Assembly (NCBI RefSeq): GCF_009914755.1
Contig: NC_060936.1
Length of the DNA: 64,000 bases
Origin: the human T2T-CHM13v2.0 reference genome, Homo sapiens
Strand: one strand, 5' to 3'
A model generated the notes under the pieces. That model was not told where the DNA came from and ran no database searches. It saw only the letters and a program-made list of their open reading frames with translations. Of this stretch, positions 24,867 to 47,857 are shown piece after piece (within the stretch, counting starts at the first letter, position 1; every line of letters begins with the position of its first letter). A program made the position numbers and the translations under genes.

Positions 24867-26627
24867 TCAACACACACAAAAAAAGTGTATATGCTCCACG
24901 ATGCCTGTGAATATACACACACACCACATCATATACCAAGCCTGGCTGTGTCTTCTCACAAATGCGCTGCTAGGCACCACCGCCAGTTCTAGAATCACAC
25001 CAGCCAGTTCACCCTCCAGATGGTTCACCCTCAACTTCATAAAAGTTCTTTACCTAATCTACTGACAGTCTCATCCCCGACCTAATTTTAAAGATTTCCT
25101 AGGAGCTGCAATGGGAATCCTGGACCTCAGCCTGGACAAAGAACAGCAGCAGGTCATTCTCATGTGTGGACACGGAAGCCCTGCCTGCCTTTGCTGGCCA
25201 GCTGGGCTGAGTGGGCCTGGGAAATTAAGGGTGCAGGGTTGGTCCCAGGCAGTCTTGGTGAAGCTTGCCACATCCCCCAGCCTCCTGGATTTGCCAGGAT
25301 CCAAGAGCATGGACTTTAGGAATTCCTGGTGGAGGAGTGAAGAAAATGCGACAGGGTGTCCTAAGCCCCGATCTACATGAAGAAAACTGGAAATAAGACT
25401 GAGGACTTAGTTTAAGATGTTCCTACTCAGCCTCTAGCTTTTGTGCTACAGTTCCGGGAACAGACTCCTCTCTCCTGAAAACCACTTCCCTCTGCAGCAT
25501 TAAATTTCACCAAGATGTCTTGCTTGTGGGAAAGACTTCCAAGGATGCCTGGAGAGAGGAGGATGGAAATGTCCCGCTCTCTAAACAGATAGACAGATGC
25601 AGCCAGACAGAAAATAGTTTATCTTGCTGAGGTTTCTAATGTATTTGAAAGAGGCCTGGGTCTAGAAGTCTACCCAGAGGGCTCTGTGTTGTGCAGGCAA
25701 AGATAAGAACCTTCCCTGTGGGAGTTCCAGAGCCAGTTTTCATAAACACCCATCGGTGACTGTGTTCAGAGTGAGTTCACACCATCCTGACCTGCCCTGA
25801 GTTAGACCTTACATGGTCTTCCTCCTCTAGGAAGCCTCTGCAGCCCAGGAACCTCCCCTTATCGGAAATGAACAGCATTTGAAGCTTCACCAGACAGACC
25901 AGACAGCTTAGCCCTCGTGTTGTGCCATGTGGGTTGTTCTCCGAGAGGCAGGAGAGCATAGTGGTTACTAGGAAGGGAAGGACTTTGGGACTAGACTGCC
26001 TGGGCTGGAGTCCTCTTTCTGCTTCATAGCCACGTGATCCTAGGCATGTTACCTGTGCCTCAGTTTTCACTCTGTCAATATGTAATAACTGCATCTGTCT
26101 TTGTGGTGAGGATTCAGTGAGTTAACATATTTGAAGTGCTTAAAAATGAGGCTTGTGTCCATAGATTAATGAGTGAATACACAAATGGTGATATGGACAT
26201 ACAGTGGAGTATTAGTCATAAAAAGGAAGGCAGAGCTGATCCACGGCACCATGTGACTGAACCTCAAAAGCATTAGGTTAAGTGGAAGAAGCCAGACACA
26301 GGTCACCTATTGTGTAATTCCATTTATAGGAAATATACAGAATATGTAAATCCGTGGAGAAAGAAAGCTGATTTCCAGGGGCTAAGGGGAGGGGAGAATG
26401 GGAAGTGGCTGCTTCATGGGTACAAGGTTTCATTTTGAGCTGATGAAAATGTTGTGGAACTACACAGAGATAGTGTTGGCACAACATGGTGAATGTACTG
26501 AATGCCACTGATTGTTCACTTTAAAATGGTCAAACTTATGTGAATTTCACCTCCATTAAAAAAACAAAAAGGACCAGATGTGGTTGCTCACACCCATAAT
26601 TCCAACACTTCGGTAAAAGGTGAAAGA

Positions 26628-30425
<3,798 letters not shown>

Positions 30426-30783
30426 TAAGAAGTTTTCCTAACAATCTCCACCCAACGACTTGCTCTTACATCTTATTGGCCAGCACTGGACCACACGACT
30501 CCTTCTAGATGCACAGGAGTCTTAGGATTCTATGAGAAAGAAGGGGAGGGTGGGCAAAGGGCAGCCAGCTGTGCAGCATCTGCTGGAGACGCCTAACCCT
30601 TGGTGGGGGGGTTGTGGTGCTGGGAGAAGGCTTTCTGGACGGTGTGACAGCAGAGATAAACTTAAAGGCCAAGTAGGAGTTACCCTGGTGAAGCAGGGCA
30701 GGGTTACAAGCATTCCAGCAACATGAAGCAGCAGGAGTGTTTTAATTAAAAGAAGGCAGTTGCTGTAACCAACTATAAACAAA

Positions 30784-32250
<1,467 letters not shown>

Positions 32251-33164
32251 GGAGCTGGGCACAGGGCAGCAGGACTAATCCCTGGAACAGCTCGGGGAGG
32301 ATTATCCCAGCCACTATCAGCAGCGGTGCAGCCGGCTCATTCCCAGATAGGGGAGGCCAGAGCCAGGGGCCTGCCGCAAGTTGGAAGAGGCTGGGGAAGG
32401 GGAGGCCAGCAGAGGTGTCCTGGCTGTGGGTGGCTCTGAGGGGGCTCTCAGGGGTGGGGCTGAATCTCAGTGGCAGGATTATGTAAATCAAACCAATTCT
32501 AGGCACAGATTTAAAGCTTGGAAAAAAAAAAAAAAAACCCAGCCTGGCGGAAAGAATTTAAATTATAAAAACTTAGAAGTATGAAATGTGAAATCATCCC
32601 GTCGGTGCTTATTTAACAACGAAATCATCCCGACACAATGAGCCATATGTGAAAAGTCCTCCTCCCCCGACACATCCCCCAACAGGCACTCCTCAAACCT
32701 CTACCACCCAAGTGCTGGCATCTTCCCTGTCCTGCTTCACCTGAGACACCCCTTGTCTCATAAGACATGCAACTACGGGAGGGGTGACAGGAAGACAAGA
32801 CACGATTTCCTCAGGCCCAGTTTGGTGTGGGGAGAAAGCCTCCTGATCCTGAAAGCAAGAATTTGACCAGAGCAGAAGTAATCAGTATGCAGATTGACTC
32901 TGTGGTATGTTAATGTTTATGCATAGATTATGAGGACCAGGTGAAAAGTGGGCCAGGGGAGCCAGATGTGTGTGTGAGTCATGGGTGGCTGAGATGAGGA
33001 CAGGAGGGAAACTGGTTCGGAGGCTGCTGGCGATGGGGTGGGGGTGCCAGGAGGAAGGGAGGCAGTTGTTTGAATGTCTGCATGAAAAAGCGGACGACAG
33101 CGGGGTCTGGGTGAATTCGGGCAACCATTTGGACCGTGGAGAAAACTGCCTGCGTGCGGCTGAG

Positions 33165-33600
33165 GACCTGCAGTATTAATTTGTTTTTTAGCTAATGCAA
33201 AGATAAATATAAAAACTGATACTCCATCCAGTTACCAGAAAACATTTAGGTATGTGTGAGACAACTTGGGTATGTGACCCTACCTTTTCAATGTAAATTC
33301 AGTGAAATCTAAGTACAGATCCCATATTTCCAATAAAAAGGTAACATCCAAACTCAGATGTCCTATGAGTATAAAATACACAAAGATCTTCTGGACTTAG
33401 TATGAAAAGGGATTTTTTTTTGTCAGGTACCTCACTAGTTATTTTTAAAATAGGATTGCATGTTGAAATGATAATCTTTTGGATATATTGGGTTAAATAA
33501 ATGTATTATTAAAGTTAATTTCACTTAAAAATGTTTAATGTAGCTACTAGAAATTTTAAAATTAAGCATGTTGCTCACCTTATGTTTCTATTGGACGGCT
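33165..33600. mobile_element. hAT-Charlie DNA transposon remnant
   Basis: AT-rich; ends in atgtagctactagaaattttaaaatt...tttctattggac, typical of Charlie5/MER3 termini. Confidence 0.55.
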
Positions 33601-34419
33601 CTCTCTAGACACAAAGGCTGCCAAGAGGGACCTCACTCTGGCTTCAGGGAGAAGAGAGGAATTAGCAAGGCCAAGCAGAGGCTCCTGAGGGCAGGGCCAA
33701 GGGCGGCTTGGTGGGGTGGGGATGGGATGCACAAAGATAACTCCAACCCTTAGGAAGGTGTTTCCTAGAGCAGGCTGTGACCTGTCAGTTTATATACTGA
33801 GGCTTAGGAGCCTCTTGGATGCCCCCAGATCTGCACCCCTGAATTGCCCTGTGCCCCTGCCATCTTTGTTCCTGTGCTGGCATAGTGGTCTCACCTCCGG
33901 CAGTATCACCACCACTGGGCACAAGCTTCTCCAGCACAGCAACTGTGTCTTATTTCTCCTTGTACTCCCAGTGTTCACACCATGCTGCACTCACAGAAGA
34001 CTCTTCGGTGATATTTTGTGGACAGAGAGAATGCCTGTGAGAGTGGGCTGAAGTTGGGCTCCAGAGACCTTAAGGAGGGGAGACCAGGTCCTGAGTAAAG
34101 TTGAAGGGGAAGGGCTGAGTCCTGCTAGCCAGGAGTCTCATCCCCTGGGGAAGTTCCAGGGACCCCTCAGAAGTGCAAGGGAACGGTGTTAGTGTTAGTC
34201 CAGTAACACAGCCCAGAGCCTGCCTTCCACGTGGGTTTGACAGGAGCCTCCTAACTGCTCTTCTGCTTCCATTTTTGCCCCTTCAGTCTATTCTCAACAG
34301 GGAAGCCAGAGGCATCCTTAACCATGTCAGATCATGTGGCTCCTCAGCTCAAAGCCTCATCTCAGAGGAAAGCTCTGGTCCCTTAAAAATGGCCCAGGTG
34401 GTGACAGACAGACTCTAAG

Positions 34420-36465
<2,046 letters not shown>

Positions 36466-36667
36466 TCACACAGCCTGTGACGCCCCAACAATCCACACCT
36501 CCTGCATCTCCCTGCCTTCACTTCCTAGCACACTGCCCTGACTCCCTCTGCTGTAGCCACGCTGGCCCTCTGCTGTTCTTCGAAGCCACCAGGCCTGCAT
36601 TGGCTCCCAGCCTTTGCTCTCACTGCTTTCTCCTCCTAGAGAGCCCTTCCTGCATGTATATGTTTGA

Positions 36668-37066
<399 letters not shown>

Positions 37067-37624
37067 GGCTTTCTTTCTCTCCAATGTGTTTGCCTGTTTT
37101 ATTTACTGCTGTATCCCCGGGTCATAGGAAGTGCTCACTAAGTACTAGCAGAGAAAATGAGTGAGCAGTGGGGATTCATGGATGGAGGATGGTTATGCTG
37201 ATGAGCAGGAAGAGACTGGGAGGCTGGAGGCCATTTTCTGGCTGGCGGACCTCCAGAGTCAGAACTCCAACACGCTCTTCCTTGACACATCCTTCATGAT
37301 AGAATATGCAGTCCTGCAGGTGGGGAATGGACTGTGAGTCTATTCCTATGTTCTATAAAACACCGATGACTATGGATATACATCTGGTTGCTTTAAGTGT
37401 GTGCAGTGACCTGCACAATGTCACACCTGGTAACTGGTCGGTAGTAACAGAAGTGCCCCTCCTTTCCTCCTCTTTATACATGAGGATGGCTGGACACAGA
37501 GCAGTCAAACTTGACCAAGGTCACTCTCGTCATTTCATTCCAGACCTAGGAGACAGAAAGGAGCTCTCCTGATGCTAGTCCCCAGCTGGAGAAAGTGGCT
37601 TGGTGCAAAACATCCCCAGGGGCA

Positions 37625-38118
37625 GCCAGCCTTCTAGGGAATGGACAGAGAGGCAAGAGCAGGCCAGCCTTCTAGGGAATGGACAGAGAGGCAAGAGCAG
37701 GCCAGCCTTCTAGGGAATGGACAGAGAGGCAAGAGCAGGCCAGCCTTCTAGGGAATGGACAGAGAGGCAAGAGCAGGCCAGCCTTCTAGGGAATGGACAG
37801 AGAGGCAAGAGCAGGCCAGCCTTCTAGGGAATGGACAGAGAGGCAAGAGCAGGCCAGCCTTCTAGGGAATGGACAGAGAGGCAAGAGCAGGCCAGCCTTC
37901 TAGGGAATGGACAGAGAGGCAAGAGCAGGCCAGCCTTCTAGGGAATGGACAGAGAGGCAAGAGCAGGCCAGCCTTCTAGGGAATGGACAGAGAGGCAAGA
38001 GCAGGCCAGCCTTCTAGGGAATGGACAGAGAGGCAAGAGCAGGCCAGCCTTCTAGGGAATGGACAGAGAGGCAAGAGCAGGCCAGCCTTCTAGGGAATGG
38101 ACAGAGAGGCAAGAGCAG
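37625..38118. repeat. Perfect 38-bp minisatellite x13 (gccagccttctagggaatggacagagaggcaagagcag)
   Basis: Units start every 38 bp; 494 bp equals 13 copies; no variant units seen. Confidence 0.97.
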
Positions 38119-38474
38119 TGGGCTCAAAGCCAGCTCCACTGGGAAGTGCAGACAGCCTCAGGACAGACCTCCACCCTGGGGAGGAGCCACCATGGTCACC
38201 TGGCTGAATGTGGGTTGAATTTGGATCAGACAGGATGATGAGGGAGCTGCCACTTGCCGGACGCCAGATGCCCCTGGCTGACACACAGAAGGGCAGATGT
38301 GGTCCCGGCTCCCAGGGGAGCAGGGTTCTCTGGGCGTTGGCCAGGCAAAGAAGAGCCAGAGAACCAGAGTGGCCCCGCCAGGCCTTCCTCTGTCCAGCTC
38401 TCCTGTGCACTCCTCCTCTCCCTTCCTTCCCTCTTCTGCCTGACTTCCTCTTCTGGCACTGTCCTTCCTTGTTT

Positions 38475-39707
38475 CTGTTTCCCCTCTCTCCCTCTTGTCT
38501 TTACCTCCTTGGGTTTATTTTATTTTATTTTAAGCTCTAGGATACATGTGCAGAATGTGCAGGCTTGTTACATAGGTAAATGTGTGCCAAGGTGGTTTGC
38601 TGCACCTATCAACCCGTCACCTAGGTATTAAGCCCCACATGCATTAGCTATTTGTCCTGATGCTCTCCCTCCCCTCACCCCCACAACACGCCCTGGTGTG
38701 TGTTGTTCCCCTCCCTGTATCCATGTGCTTTCATTGTTTAGCTCCCACTTATGAGTGAGAACATGCAGTGTTTGGTTTTCTGTTCCTGTGTTATTTTGCT
38801 GAGGACGATGGTTTCCAGTTCTATCCGTGTCTCTGCAAAGGACATGATCTCATTCCTTTTTACGGTTGCATAGTATTCCATGCTGTATATGTACCACATT
38901 TTCTTTATCCAGTCTATCACTGATGGTCATTTGGATTGGTTCCATGTCTTTGCTATTGTGAATAGTGCTGCAATAAACATACGTGTGTATGTGTCTTTAT
39001 AAAAGAATGATTTCTATTCCTTTGGGTATATACCCAGTAATGGGATTCCTGGGTCAAATGGTATTTCTGGTTCTGGACCCTTGAGGAATTGCCACGCTGT
39101 CTTCCACCATGGTTGAACTAATTTACATTCCCACCAACAGTGTAAAAACATTCCTGTTTCTCCACAGCCTCCCCAACATCTGCGTTTCTTGACTTTTTAA
39201 TAATCGCCATTCTGACTGGCATAAATGGTATCTCACTGAGGTTTTGATTTGCATGTCTCTAATGATCAGTGATGTTGAGCTTTTTCTCACATGTTTGTTG
39301 GCCGCATAAATGTCTTCTTTTGAGAAGTGTCTGTTCATGTCTTTGCCCACTTTTTGATGGGGATGGGTTTTTTTCTTGTAAATTTATTTAAGTTCCTTGT
39401 AAATTCTGGATATTAGACCTTTGTCAGATGAATAGATTGCAAAAATTTTCTCCCATTCTGTAGGTTACCTGTGCACTCTGAAGATAGTTTCTTTCACTGT
39501 GCAGAAACTCTTTAGTGTAATTATGTCCCATTTGTCAATTTTAGCTTTTGTTGAAATTGCTTTTGGCAATTTCATCATAAAATCTTTGCCCATGCCTATG
39601 TTCTGAATGGTATTGCCTAGATTTTCTTCTAGGATTTTTATAGTTTGGGGTTTTACATTTAAGTATTTGATCTATCTGAGTTAACTTTTGTATAAGGTAT
39701 AAGGAAG
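38475..39707 (-). mobile_element. 5'-truncated L1PA (3' end, older subfamily)
   Basis: T-rich tail, L1PA 3'UTR and ORF2 C-terminal peptides. Confidence 0.92.
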
Positions 39708-40449
39708 TCCCTCTGGTAGCAGTGTGGGGAGCGATTAGGAGTGGGATGGGACGGGAGGCAGAGTAAGCCATCTTGAGGCAGTTGTAACAGTCATAGGGAG
39801 AGATCAGATCACAAGATCTGGAGCTGGTCCACAAGCTCAGGGCTGGAAAATGTAGTTGTTCCCAGTTAATACTTCTGGAGTTGGAAAGTATAAAGAGCTA
39901 TGTCAGTGTCAAGATCCCTGGTAGTTTGGGGCAGGGTACAATTACTCCTCTGGAGTAGATCTCATCGTGGCCCTCTGGGTGTCTGGAGGGCCCAGACAGA
40001 ATCCCTTACTGTGGCCTGGCGTCTTGCTGGTATTCCCATTGAGGACTGGTGGGGAGAGCCATCATCACCATGGCAGTCCCCACACCTTGCAACCTAAGTA
40101 CCTGTGTGATTGGTGATGGGTGAGGAACAGAACATCATTTACATATATAAAGAACAGCACGCTGTCTTCTTCCTTGAAGAGGAGCTGGCCCTCCTCCCTG
40201 CTTGGCCATCATGCTCAGCCATGGGCCTGGGCTTGGTTGATGGGAGGGAACAAAAAGAATATGGGCCATCTGATCACATGGCTCTGGTTTTGAGCCCCAG
40301 CTGTGCTACTTAGTAGCTGTGTGATCTTGGGAAGCCACTTCACTTCTCTGAGCTTCATTTTTCTCCCATGCAAGATGGAGATAGCAATTCTCTTGTAACT
40401 CAACTCTATCTTTATCACTTAGTGAATCTTACCTAAATCCACATCTTCA

Positions 40450-41255
40450 ATTTTTTTAATTTTTAATTAAGGTAAGATTTACATGCAGTAAAATTTATAC
40501 GTTTTAGAGTGTAGTTCTGTGAGTTTTGACAAATGCATGCAGTTGTGTAACCACATCACAATTGAGATACAGAGCAGCTCCATCACTCCCCAAAATTCAC
40601 AACCCTCCCCACACCTCCTTGCAGTCAGCTACCCCCATCTCTGCCCCAGGCAACCTCAGATCTGATTTCATCACTAAGGATGAGTTTTGCCTATTCTAGA
40701 GTGTCGTATAAATTGCAACATACATATGTACTTTTTTACATCTGACTTCTTTCACTCATCATGTTGCTACATGGACCTGTAGTTTGTTTCTGTTGAAGAG
40801 CAATATTCCATTGTATAGATGGACCACCATTTGTCATCTATTCACAATCCATGCACATTGGGTTGTTTCCGTTTGAGGGTTATAATGGCTACAGCTGCAA
40901 TGAACATTCTTTTGCAAATTTTTCAGTAGACAAATGATTTTATTTCTGTTGGGTAAATAGGAATGCAATGGCTTAGTTGTATGGTATGTATATATTGAAA
41001 TTCTGTAGAAACTACCTGTTTTCCAAAGCAGTTGTACAATTTTCCATGTCCCCCATAATATATGAGGGTTTTGGTTGTTCTGCATCCTGGGAACATTTAG
41101 CATTGTCAGTCTTTTAAAATTTTAGTCATTCTAGTGTGAAATGGTATCTCATTGCGGTTTTAACTTGCATTTTTCTAATGGCTAATGATGTTGAGTACTT
41201 ATGTGTTTATTGGTCATTTGGATAATCTATTTTGTGAAGTGCCTGTTCAAGCCTT
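40450..41255 (-). mobile_element. Old L1M 3' fragment
   Basis: ttctgtgagttttgacaaatgcat, ttccattgtatagatggaccac and gaaatggtatctcattgcggttttaacttgcattt. Confidence 0.7.
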
Positions 41256-41637
41256 TTTGTGTCTGCAATTTTTACTAGCGAGTTTATTTCTTCTTATTTA
41301 AACCTCACTCTGGGCTCCGGACAAATATATCAATGGAATTCTTCATACTGCTGCTTGTATGTTTTGAAAGGACCTCAGCTGAACATAAAGGTAAACTTAC
41401 AATTTCCTCTCTCACTCTTCCCCCCTCCACTTTCAGACCTTGGCCTCCACCACCGACACATCCTCTAGTAGATGACCTCATCATCCACACAGTGGCACAG
41501 ACCAGAAACCTAGGCAGCTTTCCTGATACCTCTTCTCATCTGTTTCCCTACTCCCACCCAATCCATCGCGTTTCCTCCTGCCTATTTCTTGAACCCAATC
41601 AATTCCCCCAAATTCCTCCATCTCCACCATTGCCTAA

Positions 41638-42066
<429 letters not shown>

Positions 42067-42702
42067 TAGAAAACACAGATGTGATTGTAAGACTCTCTTA
42101 CCCAAATCCTTAATGGCAGCCCATAACTCTTAACATAATTATTTGTTCCTTAATGTGATCTGTAAGACGAGCCATGCCCCAGCCAGACGGTTGTCTTCGA
42201 GCCATGGTTCTAGGCTCCTTGTGTCTCAGGGCCTTTGCACAGACTGACCTGTGTTTGCAACACTCCTTCTCTCTTCTTCACCTCACTAACTCCTGCTCAT
42301 TCTTCACATCGCAGTTCAAATTTCACTTCCTCCAAGAAGTCTGCCCTGTTCAGAGACAAGATTAGGAATGCTCTACGCTTCTTTCATAGACTTATCTTAT
42401 AATGATGTATTTCTGGGACTATTCAAAGTATGTTTCTCTCACTAGACTAATAAGCTCTGCGGGGAACGAATCTGTTTCGTTTGTGGTGCGTCCGGGTACC
42501 TAACACCAGGACCAGCTGCGTAACATGAGGCCCAGGGCAAAATGAAAACGCAGAGTGCTTCTGTTCAAAGAGCAGGAAAAGGCGCCATTGAAGGGGCTCA
42601 AAGATACGGCGTTTTCCTTTCTTCTGTGTTCTCTCTCACTTGACTTGTCATGGTATTTTTATTTGCTATTTAATGTCATGCTAAGTTAAAAAACAAATTT
42701 AA

Positions 42703-43048
<346 letters not shown>

Positions 43049-43326
43049 TTATATTGTAGGACGCAAGGTATAAATGAAAATATTAGCATTGACCTCATAT
43101 GTAGAATCAACACAATTACACAATTCACATTCCATAGCTCATCCATGTGTATGTATTTCATTCTTGCTAAACCAGTAGATACGCTGCACAAAAGTAGCCC
43201 AGCTCTTTCTATCTCACTTCCTGACACCCACACACTCCAGCAACACTCTCTACCTTGGGATCATGGACACTAAGGAAGGACTGAAAGGACAGGAGCTATA
43301 GGCTGCTCTCTCTTCCCCTTTCCTTG

Positions 43327-43407
43327 TTCCATACAAGTACTAACGAGGCCAGGCCCTGCTTAGCTTCTGAGACGAGATTGGGCACCCTCAGGGCACTGTG
43401 GCCATAG
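43327..43407 (-). pseudogene. 5S rRNA pseudogene fragment (5' ~85 nt)
   Basis: caagtactaacgaggccaggccctgcttagcttctga..gacgagattgggc..cagggcactgtggccatag aligns to the reverse complement of 5S (GGCCATACCACCCTG...GAAGCTAAGCAGGGTCGGGCCTGGTTAGTACTTGG) with a 5-nt deletion. Confidence 0.85.
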
Positions 43408-44709
43408 TGTCCTGCCCTTTCCTTTCATGTCATCTCAACACGGGGGTCGGTTAGCACAGGGAAGTAACTCCAATAAGAGGATACAACAGGGCTCCTCAGT
43501 CATTTGTGTCTCTTCAGATGTCATTGCCTTCTTTCTGTGTACAAGCACATTCTGGTTTCAGTGGAAAGTGAGGCCTCTCCAGTTGGTTAGTGCCCCGCTC
43601 ACTCAGTCACTGACTAACAACCCTGCCTCTACTCACAGCATGCTGAGTTTCCTGCACATCCCACAGCATGGCTCCCCAGGGGCATGGAGAAGATTATGTG
43701 AATGGGGTGGCAGGGAACGGCGGCCACACACATCACATGTGGCTCCTCTGCTCCTGTGCATGCCGCCTTGTCCTACAGGACTTCGCTGACAAAACAGAAG
43801 TGTGAAGATATCATTATTAATGTGACAGCAGAGCGTTAAACCGAATGCGGGGCACTTTCAAGTGCAGGACACTATGCAACTGACTTCGCAGGACTCAGAA
43901 AGTGGCCCTGCCTAGCACATGGCCACATAGCAGATGCTAATCAATGTGTTAAGTAAAGGAATGAAGGGTTGTCACCTGATAGAAGATAAACAGTTCTTCT
44001 GGTTTTGATACAAACTAAAGGCCTCTCTCCTCCCTCACCTTGGAGATCCTACATAAATGTCAGAGGGGCACCACTGCCTGTGATTGCCTATCTTTCTGGA
44101 GAGGAGAGAGACAGTTGCTCTAATATGTCAGAGCAAGAGTGAGAGGGAGGGCATGAGGGGAAGCTGACAAGGCTTATCTGTGAATTAATCACCGCACTTT
44201 GCATGTACTGCAGGTCACACCTTGTATCCTATGCTCTTAAGACATGGTCCAAGTGTGAACTAAGCTCATAGCTCACTGCCTTCATCCACCTCCGTCGCCG
44301 CTCCAGAAGAGAGCTCGAGTTGCTACTTCATTAGCAGAAGGCCTCTGGACCCATCCTGGAGGGGTCCGGGAGCAGACAGAGCAGCTCAGTCAAGGTCAGA
44401 GCCACAGGTTGCTGGACCTTCTCAAATTCCTCATGTACTGCCTTGATTTTCATCACATGCAGAAAGATCTCTGAGAATCACAAAGCCCAAGAGCCAGGAG
44501 ACCTGGGTTCAAAATCTGGCTTTGTGTGAGCCTGGGCAAGTGATATCTTCTCTCTGGGCCTCATTATCTGCTCCATTAAATGAGAAAAGGAACTAGTTAA
44601 GTGGCCTAAAAGCAATGTTTCCCAGGAGCTCTGATGTCTCAGGAATTGCACTGGTCGGGACAGGGGAGATTCTCCCCAGCTTCAGTCAGCAGTAATAATA
44701 ATAACAGGA

Positions 44710-45007
44710 GGCTGGGTGTGGTGGCTCACGCCTGTAATCCCAGCACTTTGGGAAGCCAAGGGGGGTGGATCACAAGGTCAGGAGATCGAGACAATCCTGG
44801 CCAACATGGTGAAACCCTGTCTCTACTAAAAATACAAAAATTAGCTGGGCGTGGTGGCGTGTGCCTGTACTCCCAGCTACTTGGGAGGCTGAGGCAGGAG
44901 AATCACCTGAACCTGGGAGGTGGAGGTTGCATGAGCCAAGATTGCACCACTGCACTCCAGCCTGGCAACAGAGTGAGGCTCCGTCTCAAATAATAATAAT
45001 AATAATA
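44710..45007 (+). mobile_element. AluS (Sc-like) with (AAT)n tail
   Basis: Full dimer; aataataa(c/t)agga flanks resemble a TSD. Confidence 0.9.
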
Positions 45008-45264
45008 GGAAACATTTACAGAGTACCCACTGCCCCAGGTGCCATCATAAATGTTTCACATACATTCACTCATGCAGTAGTCACGATATTCCTATGAGAT
45101 GGGTTTCAACTTCTATGCCCATCATCAGATGAGAAACTGAAGTGCTGAATGTCTAAGTGACTACTCAAGGTCACACAGCTAGTAAATGACAAGGCAAGGA
45201 TTCAAGCCTTTGTAGTCTGGCTCTAGGGTGTGTCTGTTTAACTACACTATTCCCATTGTTTTAC

Positions 45265-45360
45265 CTCCCTCCCTCCCACCAACCCATCCATTCACCCACC
45301 CATTCATCCAAACATCCACCCATACATCCATCCATCTGCCCACCCACCTATGCATCCATC
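45265..45360. repeat. Degenerate (CATC/CACC)n simple repeat
   Basis: ccatccattcacccacccattcatcca...catccatccatc. Confidence 0.7.
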
Positions 45361-46189
45361 TCGAGTTTCATATAAGAGTTTATTTAATAAAGGAATTCTG
45401 AAGAATTATAAAAAATAAAAACTTGAAAACTACTCAAGATTGCTATTTAAACTGCAAAAGTCCTCAGGGGTGGGGTTCTATGACTCTCCCCCCTTCCTGG
45501 GTCATTCTTAGAGAAGTTTCTGTGGGTGAGGGTGAGGAAGAGTTGGCAGGAATTAGGAAAAGAGAAGATTTTAAAACAATTTGTCAAATGTGACAACCTG
45601 CAGCTTATGTGTAGACAGAGTGATGTAAGAAAGCTTGGGTGGCTTGGAATGTGGCTTCATTCTTGCTTCCCTCCTTCTTGTCTCCTCCTCTAGGCAGAAC
45701 TAGAAGGGGTATTAAGGATTAACTTGTATAATGAGACTCCAGAGGGCTGGACTCAGACCAGTGGGTGAAAGACAAAGGAAGGTCGATCAAAGCTCAATCT
45801 AAGGAAAATCTTTCTAACCACCTTGTCATCCTAAAATTGAATAATCATCTCGTGATGCAGAGAGCTGTTGTCCTGGGAAATTTTGGGCAGAGCCTGCTGA
45901 TCAGGAATGATGTAGTGGGTGCCTGATGCCGTGGAAGGGTGTCTTAGAGTGGGTGAGTCCTTCTTACTCCCAAATCATGTGATTCCATTTCCACCTGGCT
46001 CCGCTGTGAGACTTTCAAGGCCCAGGGAAAGGCAGAGTATGGTCCCAGCTCACAGGGAGTGGGGGCAGTGAGGACAGGTTAGAGCAGTAACCAGGATTCT
46101 CTGATGTGTACCTCCAGCTTGAAGCTTTCTCAGGGATACTCAATTCACTACCATTGTGCCCTCCTCAAAGCCAGTGTTAAAGAAAGAGG

Positions 46190-46490
<301 letters not shown>

Positions 46491-47651
46491 GAGGAAAATT
46501 CTTTCTATGCCCTTCTCACAGCAGGGCTTGATGGATTGTTTAACATGTCTGTCATGGAGGCTTCTAACCTTCTCCAAATCAAGGCAGGTCATTTACTAGG
46601 GCTGGAGGTGGGGGTGCAATGGGGGAGGGGTGTTCCCACGTTTAGCTGGTCCCAAAAGTTCTGTTTAGACCTGGTCTCACTCCCCAAACAATTTGTCTAG
46701 CACTTTCCTGTGCATGTAGAATGTACAGATGTAAGCTCAGGGGATACCAACACAGACCCAGTTCACAGATGAGGATAGGGAAGCTCAGAGAGAGAAAAAA
46801 CTCACCCCAGTTCCCATGACCAGAGTGACAAACTCAGTCTTCTGGCTCCAGGAAAACTCTCACTGCTCCTACTAAACACTAAAACCTGCTGAGCATTTAC
46901 TCTACGCAAGATACTGTGCTCCCACAACTCCATTATACCCATAGTACGGGGGAGGAAACTGAGGCTCAGAGAAGTTACATAACTTCCCCAAGACCCCAAT
47001 GCTGGGAAGGGGCAGAATGAGAGTTCAGACCCGTGCCTGCCTTTTCCAGAATCCATATTCTTTTCCACGACCTTATTCCACTTTTAAATCCAGAGAAGCT
47101 CCAAGGAAATGGTGTCCTGGGAGAAGGGGTGAGGGCCTGGGTGCTCCAGATGGCTCAGTGCCTGGCAGGACTGGCTCCACCCATCAGGCGGGCATCGGGG
47201 GAGAGTAGGGTTTTCCTAGCTCAGAATGTGACTATAGCAGGTACCCAGAGATGCCCTCCCATCCCTAGGCTGTACACTGCATCCCCTCAATTGACTGTCG
47301 CTATGTGAGACACAAAAAATTTGTGCCTCGGGCTGCGTTTAAGAGAACCCCTGGCTGAGAAAACTCAGGGCAACCTGGTCTGGGTGGCATTTCTGGCTCT
47401 GCTGTGTACTAGCTTTGGACAAGTCACTTTATTTCTGTGCACCTCTGTTCCCTTTGCATACTTGACATCACGTCATCAAGCATCCATTTTCAGGATCATC
47501 GCTAACTCCCTGCCCCAGGTACTCTCTTCACATCAGACGTCCTAATGTGTGGTGCAGAGAAATAGGGGCGGGGCTTAGGGTAGGAGGCATGGGTTTCAGC
47601 CCTAGTTGTGCCTCCATGGCTGTGTCACTTCAAGCAACTCACCCACTCTAT

Positions 47652-47857
47652 CTGCAAGCTCCACCTCCCGGGTTCACACCATTCTCCTGCCCCAGCCTCC
47701 CGAGTAGCTGGGACTACAGGTGCCCGTCACCATGACTGGCGAATTTCTTTGTATTTTTAGTAGAGACAGGGTTTCACTGTGTTAGCCAGGATGGTCTTGA
47801 TCTCCTGACCTCATGATCCAGGCTGGGATTACAGGTATAAGCCACTGCGCCCAGCCA
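47652..47857 (-). mobile_element. Partial Alu (Y/Sc-like) with an internal deletion
   Basis: ctgcaagctccacctcccgggttcacaccattc...ctcatgatcca|ggctgggattacagg. Confidence 0.8.

Noticed and set aside
37625-38118. CRISPR-like appearance of the 38-bp and 29-bp arrays
   Set aside because: Head-to-tail identical units with no spacers, in a primate genome with no cas genes; these are minisatellites.
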